The notes beneath the pieces were generated by a model. It did no database searches. It worked only from the letters and a program-made list of their open reading frames with translations, and had not been told where the DNA came from. The position numbers and the translations under genes are program-made. Below, in pieces: positions 29,624-39,429 of a stretch of 64,000 nucleotides of DNA. Origin of the DNA: Reclinomonas americana ATCC 50394 (lineage: Eukaryota); assembly GCA_048213135.1 (NCBI GenBank), contig PS015010.1:1612001-1676000 (forward strand), read 5' to 3'. Position 1 is the first letter of the stretch; every line of letters starts with the position of its first letter.

Positions 29624-30058
29624 ATGAAATACTTATTCATCCTGCTCTGCACCTCTCTTTTTGTTTTCAGTTCCTGCAACAACAGTAAGAAGAATGCTGC
29701 TTCAGCCGCGGCCGATCCTGCCCAACTGGAAGGCAACTGGGAACTGAATTACATTACAGGGCCGCGTATCGCTTTTGCCGGACTTTACCCCTCAAAAAAA
29801 CCTGTTATACGGTTCGAAGTAAATGAAAAGCGGGTGAGCGGCAACACAAGCTGCAACAGCTACTCCGGTAAGTTTACTGTGGATGGCAACAAAATAGACC
29901 TGTCGGGGCCATTGGCCGTCACCAAAATGTTCTGCGGTGGACAGGGAGAACCCACTTTCCTGGAAACACTTAAAAAGATAAATGGCTGGTCAGTGGAAGG
30001 CAATATACTCACACTGATGATCGGCGATATCCCGGGCATGAAGTTCACCCGGAAATAG
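29624..30058 (+). CDS. META domain (HslJ-like) lipoprotein
   Basis: Lipobox FSSC; SGNTSCNSYSG and TKMFC. Confidence 0.88.
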   Translation: MKYLFILLCTSLFVFSSCNNSKKNAASAAADPAQLEGNWELNYITGPRIAFAGLYPSKKPVIRFEVNEKRVSGNTSCNSYSGKFTVDGNKIDLSGPLAVTKMFCGGQGEPTFLETLKKINGWSVEGNILTLMIGDIPGMKFTRK

Positions 30059-30089
30059 ACACTTCCTTACTTTTGAGATTTTTGACTTG

Positions 30090-31640
30090 CTACCTATGCC
30101 TGCTCGCCAGGTATTTCTGGTGAATGATCTCCCCCATTGGTTTTTCATACACTTTACTTTCCACCCAACTGATGATGTCAAGGTAAGCGAATGCCCTGGT
30201 CTCAAAACGGTTCTTCTCAAACTGTTTGATATTGTGCAGGAACTTTTCCAGTCCGGGTTTGAGCGCTTTGGCCGATACGTAAAAATTATTCCGCAGGAAA
30301 CGGAACATCTCCTCTTCCACCTCCGTGAGGTTCTCCATTTTCGACATAAAACGGTATACCGACTTGGTGAGTGATTCAATGATAGCGTCATTACCCAACT
30401 CAAAATGCGCCATCAGGTGCAGCAGGCGGGCATAACAATGCAGGTCGATCCGGAGATCCACCGGTCCGTTGATGATCTTTTGCAGGTAATCGATCGATGC
30501 TTCATAATCGCCATTGCCAAAATACATCATGGCCGTTTTGTACTGTATCACCAGTACCCGGTGCCGGTCGATATACAGGCTGAACTCATCCAATCCTTTT
30601 TCAATCTCCGCTACAATCTTTGTTCCTTCTTTGAACGTTCCTTTCATCAGGTGCTGGTTGATGCGGGCGCTGGACAGGTAAACAAAAGTCTGCATCCGGA
30701 AATTATGAAACTGGGTGGCCGCTTCCGATTGGGCGAAGCGTTCAAATTTATGCAGGAAGTAATCGAACAGTTTATAATTGCGCAGGTCGAAGTTGGCAGT
30801 AAGCAGGTTGTGCATGCCTTTGATGTAATGTCCCGTTTCCACGGAGATCATCAGCGGATCGCTTTCAAACAGCCTTGTCCATTTGCGGCTGTAACGGTAA
30901 TACATCAGGAAATCCTGGCGCACAAAGGCATACCAGCAATAACTCTGGAACAGGTAGAGCTGTTCATAAAACCCTTTGCTCTGTTTCGCTTCCGGGGGCA
31001 GGCTGGCCCTGAAGAATTCCTTTACACCGGTCTCGTCCTTTTCGTTACGGGCATGCCCGTTCATCACGTACCAGCGGTACAGTTGCAGGGCCAGGTTGGA
31101 GAGTTTGGTGATCAGTGTTCTTTGCGTATTCACTTCCTCCGCCTCCGCGGTCAGCATATCCACCTTGCCTTCGCCGCTGCGGGTAATGTGAAGGGTCTCA
31201 ATCTTCTTTTCGAGCGAGATCACCTGGATAAGAAAAGTTTCCTGGTGGTACTGCTTGGCCAGGTCCTTTACCTTTTCCAGCGTTTTGAGGCTTTGCAGGT
31301 ACAGCCCCTTATTATAAAGGATACGGGCGTAATCGAGCTGTTCATGCAACTGCAGGTCGATGCTTTCCGTGCTCTTCAGCAGGCGCAGGCTGGCCAGCAA
31401 TTCCTTGTACAGGTGGGCTTTAAGATTGGCCAGTTGCGGTTTTTGTACTACCGTACGGAGTTTTTTAAGGAGGATGGCCTCATTATAGTCCGCCATTTTA
31501 TCAATAGCGTCAAAAAGCTGTACAATCTTAAGGTCTTCCTTGGAGGAACTCCTTTTGATATAGAGCTTGAAATGCCTTTTTTCTGACTTTTCGAGGGAAT
31601 GAATCAACTGAAATAATATATCTGCCGAGCGGTTGGACAT
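30090..31640 (-). CDS. Conserved hypothetical alpha-helical (TPR-like) cytoplasmic protein
   Basis: 516 aa; N-terminal LFQLIHSLEKSEKRHFKLY basic helical domain, then TPR-like repeats (YFGNGDYEASIDYLQKII); no signal peptide. Confidence 0.8.
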   Translation of the reverse strand: MSNRSADILFQLIHSLEKSEKRHFKLYIKRSSSKEDLKIVQLFDAIDKMADYNEAILLKKLRTVVQKPQLANLKAHLYKELLASLRLLKSTESIDLQLHEQLDYARILYNKGLYLQSLKTLEKVKDLAKQYHQETFLIQVISLEKKIETLHITRSGEGKVDMLTAEAEEVNTQRTLITKLSNLALQLYRWYVMNGHARNEKDETGVKEFFRASLPPEAKQSKGFYEQLYLFQSYCWYAFVRQDFLMYYRYSRKWTRLFESDPLMISVETGHYIKGMHNLLTANFDLRNYKLFDYFLHKFERFAQSEAATQFHNFRMQTFVYLSSARINQHLMKGTFKEGTKIVAEIEKGLDEFSLYIDRHRVLVIQYKTAMMYFGNGDYEASIDYLQKIINGPVDLRIDLHCYARLLHLMAHFELGNDAIIESLTKSVYRFMSKMENLTEVEEEMFRFLRNNFYVSAKALKPGLEKFLHNIKQFEKNRFETRAFAYLDIISWVESKVYEKPMGEIIHQKYLASRHR

Positions 31641-31753
31641 CATAATCTGATTTATCTGGAACACAGTCCTGTAAAGAGTTTCGGGTCAAAAACCCGGTTT
31701 TAAAGGGGGTATAATCCCGTTAAACTTGGTTAGGATCATAGAATTATCCGTCT

Positions 31754-31761
31754 TAGTTTTG
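31754..31761 (+). promoter_or_regulatory. Bacteroidota sigma70 -7 element (TAGTTTTG)
   Basis: Matches TAnnTTTG; no + strand gene follows before 33087. Confidence 0.6.
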
Positions 31762-31766
31762 ATCTC

Positions 31767-31950
31767 AGAAAGACGAACAATTCAGTATAGCAGGCAATCG
31801 TTAAAGGAAAAACAATCAATCGTTAGAAGATACCTGAAGTACCCAACTGCTGATTAAGACAGCAAAGAAAAGAAAAAAACAAAGAGTTTTTCATATAGCA
31901 AGCAATCGTTAAAAAGTCATTCCGTTTCTACGGAGTGACTATTTTATTTT
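31767..31950 (+). ncRNA. Candidate small RNA with repeated (TATAGCARG)CAATCGTTA motif
   Basis: Promoter upstream; no ATG in the region; 20-nt direct repeat at 31786-31805 and 31894-31913; third core at 31817-31825; terminal hairpin plus T-rich tail. Confidence 0.55.
31915..31950 (+). terminator. Intrinsic terminator hairpin (possibly bidirectional)
   Basis: agtcattccg-TTTCTA-cggagtgact 10-bp stem then attttatttt; A-run before it. Confidence 0.7.
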
Positions 31951-32147
31951 GCAAGTATAGGTAATAATTTGATAACAATCAAATGTGAAAATGAGACAAT
32001 TTGAAAATGTGCAAATTGGAATGTGATAATACAATAATATGACGGTTAGATAAGGTCTTGGGATTGTTCAACTGCCAGGTACGATAAAAGCCTGCCGCAA
32101 ACAGAAAAAATTGGCACATTAGCATATTCGCATATTACCTCATTAAC

Positions 32148-32909
32148 TTAGCTTTTTCCGCCAAATACTTTCTTCAATATATCTGTCACCTGTGCTGCAG
32201 GATCTTTCCGTATTTTCTGTTCTTCCAGTCCTACATTGTAAAAGAGTCCGCTGAGTGCACGCTCGGTTACAAAAGCGGTAAGATCGGTATTCACCTGGTC
32301 TTTGGAGAAACGGTTATAATTGGTAAAAACATCTTTCCAGTATTTGGTGGCATTTACTTTAGCCAGCGAGGTTTCTATCACCGGGCGGAATTTTTCGGTA
32401 AGCGCCGTGGTGGTGGTTTTCTTTAAATAGTCCGTGGCCGCGAAATCGCCGCCGCGTAATATCTGCAACCCGTCCTGTATGCTCATGCCTTTAATAGCGT
32501 TCCAGAAAATAGGTGCCACATCTTTGGCTGCATCTTCTGCCGCCCTGTTCATGGAAAGAATGGCATTATCCACCAGTTTACCCATACCAAAACTGCGGAG
32601 CGTACGTTCCACTTTTTTCGCCTCTTCCGGCATCAGTATTTTAATGGCCGCGTTGGCAAAAAAGCCGTCCAGTTGCCCGAGTTTTTTACTGCTGTTCTCT
32701 GTACCTACTTTCAGTGCCTCTTTCAGTCCGCTGATGATCTCGTCATTACTGAGCCCATTGCCAGTGCCGCCAATAGCGCTGGACACTTTACCCAGCACCC
32801 CGCTGGAGTCTTTTTTGGAAGCCTTGTTCAGGAGATCTTTTAATGTCTGGGCCGATGCGGAAGAACCGATAATAAGGCCTGCGGTAACGAGGGTAATGAG
32901 TTTTTTCAT
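32148..32909 (-). CDS. DUF4197 domain protein
   Basis: GLKEAL, SMNRAAEDA, ATDYLKK, EEQKIRKDPAA. Confidence 0.9.
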   Translation of the reverse strand: MKKLITLVTAGLIIGSSASAQTLKDLLNKASKKDSSGVLGKVSSAIGGTGNGLSNDEIISGLKEALKVGTENSSKKLGQLDGFFANAAIKILMPEEAKKVERTLRSFGMGKLVDNAILSMNRAAEDAAKDVAPIFWNAIKGMSIQDGLQILRGGDFAATDYLKKTTTTALTEKFRPVIETSLAKVNATKYWKDVFTNYNRFSKDQVNTDLTAFVTERALSGLFYNVGLEEQKIRKDPAAQVTDILKKVFGGKS

Positions 32910-33086
32910 TTGCTTTACTGCTTTGTTTGCTGCACAGTAACAAAAATAAAGCCATCGTTGCTAACTATATGTTAATGAAGGAAGATGCCGGGTGCCGGAT
33001 CCGAGATACAAATGCCGGGGTCTGTATCTGGTATCAGGCATCTTGCATCCGGTATTTTTGTACATTGCACACCAAACTTGCTACAC

Positions 33087-35252
33087 ATGATGAAAAGATC
33101 GCTTTTATTGCTGTCCGTTACCCTCCTCTCCGTATTCCGCAGTTTCGCCGACGAAGGCATGTGGCTGCCCCAGCTGCTGCAGGCACTGAATGAAAAAGAC
33201 ATGAAAAGAATGGGCATGAAGATCAATGCTTCCGATGTATACAGCATCAGCAAATCCAGCCTGAAAGATGCGATCGTAAGTTTTGGCGGCTTTTGTACCG
33301 CAGAAGTGATCTCCGACCAGGGATTGCTGCTCACCAACCATCATTGCGGGTTCGATGCCATACAGAACCACTCCTCTATTCAAAATAATTATATCCGCGA
33401 CGGTTTCTGGGCCTACAACCGCGAGCAGGAACTGCAGAACGCCGGGCTGTTTGCCACTTTCATCATCCGTATCGACGAAGTAACCAAAGATGTATTGCAA
33501 GGCGTAACCGCCGGCATCAGCGAAAAAGAAAGACAAAGTATTATCGATAAAAACATCGCGGCCTTACGCACTACCGTGAAAAAAGAGAGTTACCAGGATG
33601 TATTCGTCCGCCCTTTCTTTGAGGCCAATAAATATTTCTTATTCGTAACCGAAACTTATCGCGACGTACGGCTGGTAGGCGCTCCGCCTTCTTCGGTAGG
33701 CAACTATGGTAAGGACAGCGACAACTGGATGTGGCCCCGTCATACCGGCGATTTCTCCATGTTCAGGATCTATGCTGGCAAAGACAATAAACCCGCCGCC
33801 TACTCTCCCGATAACGTGCCTTACAAACCCAAACGTTCTTTATCCATTTCGCTCGACGGTGTAAAAGAAGGTGACTTCACCATGGTGTTTGGTTTCCCCG
33901 GCCGTACAACCGAGTACCTGCACTCCAGCGCCATGGAGCAGATCATGAACGTGAACGACCCCGCCAAGATCGCCATACGCACCAAAGCGCTTGCCATCAT
34001 CGACAGTTATATGCGTAAAGATGAAGGCATCAAAATACAATACGCCGCCAAGTATGCCGGTATTTCCAATGCCTGGAAGAAATGGCAGGGCGAAGTACTG
34101 GGCCTGAAAGCTACCAACGCTGTGGCCAAAAGAAAAGAGCTGGAAGCCAGCTTTGAAAAGATAGTACTGGCCAAACCTGAAATGAATGTAGCCTACGTGA
34201 CTTTACTGAGGGACCTGGGCGCAGCTTATAAAGCCATTGAACCCTATGGACTGGCCCGTGACTATTACAACGAGATCGTTTCCAAAATTGAGATATTCGG
34301 TTTTGCCAGCCAGCTCAACGGGTTGGTCAGTACTTTTGAAAAGAACGGCGAAACCGGTTATAACCAGGCGAAAGAAAAAACACTGGCTTCGCTGAAAGAC
34401 TTATATGGTGAATACAGCGCCACCGTTGACAAACAATTATTTGAAACGCTGATGGCCATGTATGCGCAGGACCAGCCAACTGCTTATGTGTCGCCTGCCT
34501 TTACCGCCCTGCTCGGCAGCAATGGCGGTGATTACAGCAAAACAGCCACAGCATTGTATGGCAATACACCGCTTACTTCTTATACAGCCGTTGAGAACCT
34601 GCTCAAAGGCGATGCCGCCAGCGTGGTACAGGCCATTAAAAACGACCCCGTCTGCCAGTTGATACTCGACATGCAAAAGACCTTCAACGGTTCCGTATCG
34701 GGCAAACTCAACGAACTGCAGGCACAGATCAACCAGTTGCAGCGTATGTATATGCAGGCGCAGATGGACGTATTCACGCAAAAGAAATTCTACCCCGATG
34801 CCAACAGTACCCTGCGGGTAACGTTTGGTAACGTGAAGGGATATACGCCAAGAGACGGGGCCAAATACGACTTTTATACTTATATGGAAGGCGTGATGGA
34901 AAAATACAAACCCGGCGATTACGAATTTGACCTGCCGGCCAAGCTGATTGACCTGTACAAGAGAAAAGACTTTGGCCGTTATGGCGTGAATGGCCGGCAA
35001 CCGGTGTGTTTCATAGCCGCCAATCATACCACCGGCGGTAACTCGGGCAGCCCGGCCCTGGATGCCAATGGCAATCTCATCGGTCTCAACTTCGACCGGG
35101 TATGGGAAGGCACCATGAGCGATATCAATTACGATGCCTCTATTTGCCGCAACATTATGGTGGACATCCGTTATGTGTTGTTCATCGTTGACAAATATGC
35201 CGAAGCAAAGAATATCATCAGTGAGTTGAAGCTGGTGAGTAAGAAGAAATAA
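33087..35252 (+). CDS. S46 family dipeptidyl peptidase (DPP11-like)
   Basis: ADEGMWLP, TNHHC, DNWMWPRHTGDF, TGGNSGS, FDRVWEG. Confidence 0.93.
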   Translation: MMKRSLLLLSVTLLSVFRSFADEGMWLPQLLQALNEKDMKRMGMKINASDVYSISKSSLKDAIVSFGGFCTAEVISDQGLLLTNHHCGFDAIQNHSSIQNNYIRDGFWAYNREQELQNAGLFATFIIRIDEVTKDVLQGVTAGISEKERQSIIDKNIAALRTTVKKESYQDVFVRPFFEANKYFLFVTETYRDVRLVGAPPSSVGNYGKDSDNWMWPRHTGDFSMFRIYAGKDNKPAAYSPDNVPYKPKRSLSISLDGVKEGDFTMVFGFPGRTTEYLHSSAMEQIMNVNDPAKIAIRTKALAIIDSYMRKDEGIKIQYAAKYAGISNAWKKWQGEVLGLKATNAVAKRKELEASFEKIVLAKPEMNVAYVTLLRDLGAAYKAIEPYGLARDYYNEIVSKIEIFGFASQLNGLVSTFEKNGETGYNQAKEKTLASLKDLYGEYSATVDKQLFETLMAMYAQDQPTAYVSPAFTALLGSNGGDYSKTATALYGNTPLTSYTAVENLLKGDAASVVQAIKNDPVCQLILDMQKTFNGSVSGKLNELQAQINQLQRMYMQAQMDVFTQKKFYPDANSTLRVTFGNVKGYTPRDGAKYDFYTYMEGVMEKYKPGDYEFDLPAKLIDLYKRKDFGRYGVNGRQPVCFIAANHTTGGNSGSPALDANGNLIGLNFDRVWEGTMSDINYDASICRNIMVDIRYVLFIVDKYAEAKNIISELKLVSKKK

Positions 35253-35536
35253 TTTGGAAATTTGGTGATTTGATGATTTGGAAATTAAGGACGGGCTGAC
35301 TATGTTGGACATTTTCAAATTTTCAAATCATCTCATCTTCAAATTGATTGCTGACCGAAAGAATATAAGTTCTGCCCTGCAGGAAACTAAAAAAGAATGT
35401 TGCCTTACGCTACTACATATTGCCACTTCTACCGGCTCTCCGCCTGGTACTCGATCATGATGAACGGAACTTCGTCATAGTGCATACTATCTCCGGGGTT
35501 TGAATTTATTTTTTTTCAATTTTTAATTTCTACTTT

Positions 35537-36658
35537 ATGCATATCGCCATATTAGGCGCTGGTATGGTAGGCCGTGCAATGGCCGCCGACCTGGCGCAGC
35601 AACATAATGTTACCTCCTTCGACATCAGCGAACAGTCTTTGTCTGTATTATCACAACGCAGCCCGTCTTTAACAACAATAAAAGCCGACCTCGGCAATTT
35701 CGACCAGTACCCGCAACTGTTGCAGGGTTTCGATTACGTAATATCCGCCGTACCCGGCTTTATGGGCTACCGTACCCTGGAAGCCATCATCAATGCAGGC
35801 AAAAATGTAGTGGACATTTCTTTCTTTCCCGAGAACGCCCTCGACCTGGACGCTCTGGCCAAAGAAAAGAACGTAACCGCCATTATGGATTGCGGCGTAG
35901 CCCCGGGCATGAGTAACCTGGTGCTTGGTTATTATAACGAACGCATGTCCGTTACCGATTTTGAATGCCTTGTAGGCGGTCTTCCCAAAAAAAGAACCCA
36001 ACCCTTCGAATACAAAGCGCCCTTTTCCCCTGTTGACGTGCTGGAAGAATATACTAGACCCGCCAGGTACATCGAGAACAGCCATATCGTTACCCGGCCG
36101 GCGCTGAGCGATGCGGAACTGATTGACTTCGATCGTGTGGGCACGCTGGAATCTTTCAATACCGACGGCTTGCGTTCCATCCTCTTTACCATGGGCCATA
36201 TTCCCAACATGAAAGAAAAGACGCTGCGCTATCCCGGGCACATCGATTTAATGAAAGCACTGATCAAAGCGGGGTTCCTCAGTCATGAACCCGTACAGGT
36301 AAAAGGCGTATCCCTGTCGCCAATGGAGTTCACCTCTGCATTACTTTTTGACCAGTGGAAACTGGGGGCTACGGAAGAAGAATTCACCCTCATGCGCATA
36401 CAGGTAAGCGATGGCAAAAAGACCATTCGTTATGATCTTTTCGACGAGTACGACCCGGCTACACAGACCTCCTCCATGAGCCGTACCACGGGTTACACCT
36501 GTACCGGGGCACTGAATATGCTGATGGAAGGATTGTTTACAGAGAAAGGCGTATTCCCGCCCGAGCTGGTAGGCAAACACGAAAATTGCTTCCGGTATAT
36601 CGTAGATTACCTCGCCCGGCGCAACGTGATCTATACCGTAACGGAGATCAATAACTAA
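35537..36658 (+). CDS. Saccharopine dehydrogenase / lysine 6-dehydrogenase family protein
   Basis: GAGMVG, DCGVAPGMSN, VGGLP, KTLRYPGH, MSRTTG. Confidence 0.88.
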   Translation: MHIAILGAGMVGRAMAADLAQQHNVTSFDISEQSLSVLSQRSPSLTTIKADLGNFDQYPQLLQGFDYVISAVPGFMGYRTLEAIINAGKNVVDISFFPENALDLDALAKEKNVTAIMDCGVAPGMSNLVLGYYNERMSVTDFECLVGGLPKKRTQPFEYKAPFSPVDVLEEYTRPARYIENSHIVTRPALSDAELIDFDRVGTLESFNTDGLRSILFTMGHIPNMKEKTLRYPGHIDLMKALIKAGFLSHEPVQVKGVSLSPMEFTSALLFDQWKLGATEEEFTLMRIQVSDGKKTIRYDLFDEYDPATQTSSMSRTTGYTCTGALNMLMEGLFTEKGVFPPELVGKHENCFRYIVDYLARRNVIYTVTEINN

Positions 36659-36729
36659 AAATTTGCAATCTTTTAAGCGGCAAATGCAGGGTAACGGGCA
36701 ACTGTTCCCTACATTTGCCGTGACTTTTT

Positions 36730-37578
36730 ATGATAAATATGCATATCAAAACATACCTGTTACTCATTGCTCCACTGGCAATACTTTCGGCTTGTAACAA
36801 TGGTGGTAAAGACAAACCTGAAGTAGTAGACGACTCCCTCAGGCAAAAATGGGAAGGACAGGCTCCTCCCGCTGCTATCAATTATTCCATTGTAGCGGAG
36901 TACCCGCACGACACCAGCGCCTACACACAGGGCCTGCAGGTGTACAACGGTAAATTTTATGAAGGCACCGGTGACTATGAAACGTCTTCCCTGCGTATCG
37001 TAGATATCAAGACCGGCAAAGTGGAACAGAAGCACATGATGGGTAGCGATAAAATCTTCGGTGAAGGTATCAACATCTTTAAAGGCAAACTCTACCAGCT
37101 GACCTGGGAGAATAACCTGGTATATGTGTACGACCTCAACAACATCAACAAGCCCGTTGCTACCTATAAATGGCCTTACCAGGGCTGGGGTATTACCAAC
37201 AATGGTACCGACCTGATCGTTAGCGATGGCTCTTCCAATTTATATTTTGTAGATCCTGAAGGGTTTAAAGTAAAAGAGATCAAAGCAGTTACTACCGATG
37301 CAGGTCCCGTGCAATACCTTAATGAACTGGAATATATCGATGGTTTCATCTACGCCAATGTGTACCAGTCGGATTATATCCTGAAGATCAATCCTGAATC
37401 GGGCAACGTGGTAGGTAAGATTGACCTGCCCGGTATGAAAGAGAAATATTTCGCTGATAAGATCGTAACCGGGCGTACCGATGTACTGAATGGCATTGCA
37501 TACGACAGCACAACGAAGAAGATGTACATCACAGGAAAAAGATGGCCGAAACTCTTCGAGATCAAACTCAATAATTAA
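36730..37578 (+). CDS. Glutaminyl-peptide cyclotransferase (lipoprotein)
   Basis: YPHDTSAYTQGL, FGEGI, QLTW, GWGIT, LNELE, VLNGIAY, TGKRWP; lipobox LSAC. Confidence 0.93.
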   Translation: MINMHIKTYLLLIAPLAILSACNNGGKDKPEVVDDSLRQKWEGQAPPAAINYSIVAEYPHDTSAYTQGLQVYNGKFYEGTGDYETSSLRIVDIKTGKVEQKHMMGSDKIFGEGINIFKGKLYQLTWENNLVYVYDLNNINKPVATYKWPYQGWGITNNGTDLIVSDGSSNLYFVDPEGFKVKEIKAVTTDAGPVQYLNELEYIDGFIYANVYQSDYILKINPESGNVVGKIDLPGMKEKYFADKIVTGRTDVLNGIAYDSTTKKMYITGKRWPKLFEIKLNN

Positions 37579-37603
37579 TTCAGCGGCAGGTAAAACCTGC
37601 CGT

Positions 37604-38494
37604 TTATTTTTTCTGAATGATGTAGATCACAGAGCTGCATTTGCCTTTGTCTGACGAAGCTTTTATATTGGAGCGAAGGCCATTCCGGAAAGCACGGAGC
37701 ATATTTTCCTTCCCGTTTTTATACTGCTCACTCAACATGCTTACATAGAAGCTGTCGAACCACATCGGTTTGATGGCCACCAGTTGAAGCTGGAATAAAG
37801 ACAACAACTTTTCCATGCTGGCAGGTGAAAAATGATAGAGATGCCTGGGCACATCATAAGCGGCCCAGTATTGCTGGTACAATTCCGCGTCGGATGAAGT
37901 ATAGTTGGGCACAGCGATGAAGATCTTTCCTCCCGGCGCCAGCAGGTCGTGCAAGCGACGGAGATACGCGTGCAGTTCGTGCACATGTTCCAGCACATGC
38001 CACATGGTGATGGCCTGGTAACCTCCGGCGGGAAGTGTGAACAGGCTGCCGGGCTCGCCGGGTTCTATCCCGTACAGTTCCTTAGCTTTTGCCCTGGCCG
38101 TGGCATCGGGTTCCAGCCCGGTGATGGTCCAGCCGCCTTCTTTCATGATATGCAGGAAAGCTCCCGTACCACAACCAATATCGAGTATGCTGCCTTTCTG
38201 AAGTCCTGTTTGTGATTGCACCAGTTTTCTTTTGCCCTTAAGTGTATGGTTCCGCACCATATGGTACAGGCGGTTCACCAGGCCCTCTTTGGTATCGCTG
38301 TGCGAAATGTAGGCGTCTGACTGGTAATAGGCGCCGATAGCATCCTGTGCGGGAACATCCTGTGTAAAGCGAAGACTGCAGTCGTCACAGTGCCAGATGG
38401 CAAAATCCTGTTGCGATACGGTGTAGTCCTTCGCGGTGAGTTGCGGGTGAATATGTTGTCCGCCGCAGGCCGGGCAGGTGGTGTAATGAATCAT
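37604..38494 (-). CDS. Class I SAM-dependent methyltransferase with Cys-rich N-terminus
   Basis: CPACG...CDDC, LDIGCGTG, WHVLEH, YDVPRHLYHF. Confidence 0.9.
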   Translation of the reverse strand: MIHYTTCPACGGQHIHPQLTAKDYTVSQQDFAIWHCDDCSLRFTQDVPAQDAIGAYYQSDAYISHSDTKEGLVNRLYHMVRNHTLKGKRKLVQSQTGLQKGSILDIGCGTGAFLHIMKEGGWTITGLEPDATARAKAKELYGIEPGEPGSLFTLPAGGYQAITMWHVLEHVHELHAYLRRLHDLLAPGGKIFIAVPNYTSSDAELYQQYWAAYDVPRHLYHFSPASMEKLLSLFQLQLVAIKPMWFDSFYVSMLSEQYKNGKENMLRAFRNGLRSNIKASSDKGKCSSVIYIIQKK

Positions 38495-38518
38495 GATGGT
38501 CAGCTTTTGCTGCTGGGC

Positions 38519-39118
38519 TTACAGTCCTGTTGCATTGCCAAAGAACGAAGACGCTTGTTTATTGTTCATGTAAATAATGATGATGGTAACGGCAGCCGCG
38601 GCAACCAGCAGTGCCCATATCCACCAGCGGTCGCGGGTGGCGGGGGCTTCGTTGAAATATTCCGTCATTACCGTGGTCGTGGTTTCCTTATCGCCTACCA
38701 GCATATTGTGCGCCGCGTCGGGGTGGATCACTCTCTCGGCTTTTACGTCGGGCAATAATGCCCCGGGTAATGCGATCTGCCGGAACTGCAATTCTCCCCT
38801 GGGATCGGTGTACCACTCTCCCACCAGCCCCAGTTGTACCGGTTGTCCTGCATCCAATTGCTGTCCCAGCCCGGCAATATAACCATCAAGGGTGGCATTC
38901 ACCGTTTGCTGGTCCTCATGCGTAACCGAGGCAATATACCTGGCCAGGGGCGCCGTATCAGCCGGAGAGGAAGCATAACGCACCAGCGGTTGTGGTGCTG
39001 CTATCACCCGGTCGGTAATATTGGAAATGGCGCCGGATGCCAGCACCGACAGGCTGCCCAGGCGACCGAGCGGGCAGTACTGATGCTGAAACAGGTAGGC
39101 GGCAATGAGTTGATCCAT
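38519..39118 (-). CDS. HU/CCDC81-like domain membrane protein
   Basis: ATG at 39118 (MDQLIAAYLFQHQYCPLGRLGSL) directly after a TACCTTTG promoter; C-terminal TM helix. Confidence 0.65.
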   Translation of the reverse strand: MDQLIAAYLFQHQYCPLGRLGSLSVLASGAISNITDRVIAAPQPLVRYASSPADTAPLARYIASVTHEDQQTVNATLDGYIAGLGQQLDAGQPVQLGLVGEWYTDPRGELQFRQIALPGALLPDVKAERVIHPDAAHNMLVGDKETTTTVMTEYFNEAPATRDRWWIWALLVAAAAVTIIIIYMNNKQASSFFGNATGL

Positions 39119-39201
39119 AGAACAAAGGTACAATAGAAATAAGAACGATCCATCCACCGGGATTAAAGGGTGATGCACCAGTTTGAATCCTGTTCCCCTG
39201 G

Positions 39202-39309
39202 GGTCATACCGAGGTAACGAGAGGTCATACCGAGGTAACGAGAGGTCATACCGAGGTAACGAGGTATCTCTCGTCACAGGAAAGAGATTCCTCCTATCGT
39301 CGGAATGAC
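39202..39309. repeat. REP-like element family A with a triplicated 21-bp left arm (GGTCATACCGAGGTAACGAGA)
   Basis: Units at 39202, 39223 and 39244; ends in CGGAATGAC; homologous to 766-859 in the opposite orientation. Confidence 0.85.
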
Positions 39310-39429
39310 AAAAAGAAGAAACCGATGTACTACCAACCAAAGCAGCTATCACTCGACACCTTTACGGAAAATAAAAAATCCGGTCGGCATAGGGTTACCG
39401 CCCGGATGAAGCACAACTGAAGATCTTGT

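Noticed and set aside
31786-31913. Two-repeat CRISPR-like unit
   Set aside because: Repeats are only 20 nt, non-palindromic and 88 nt apart, with no cas genes; treated as an sRNA candidate instead.
35350-35510. Possible lysine riboswitch or small ORF upstream of the saccharopine dehydrogenase gene
   Set aside because: No recognisable riboswitch consensus; only an 18-codon minus-strand ORF without support.
39202-39264. Possible mini-CRISPR
   Set aside because: The 21-bp units are contiguous with no spacers, and no cas genes are present.
39119-39352. N-terminal extension of the 38519 ORF with SLPRYD repeats
   Set aside because: Translation of the REP repeat; the real start is ATG 39118 after its promoter.
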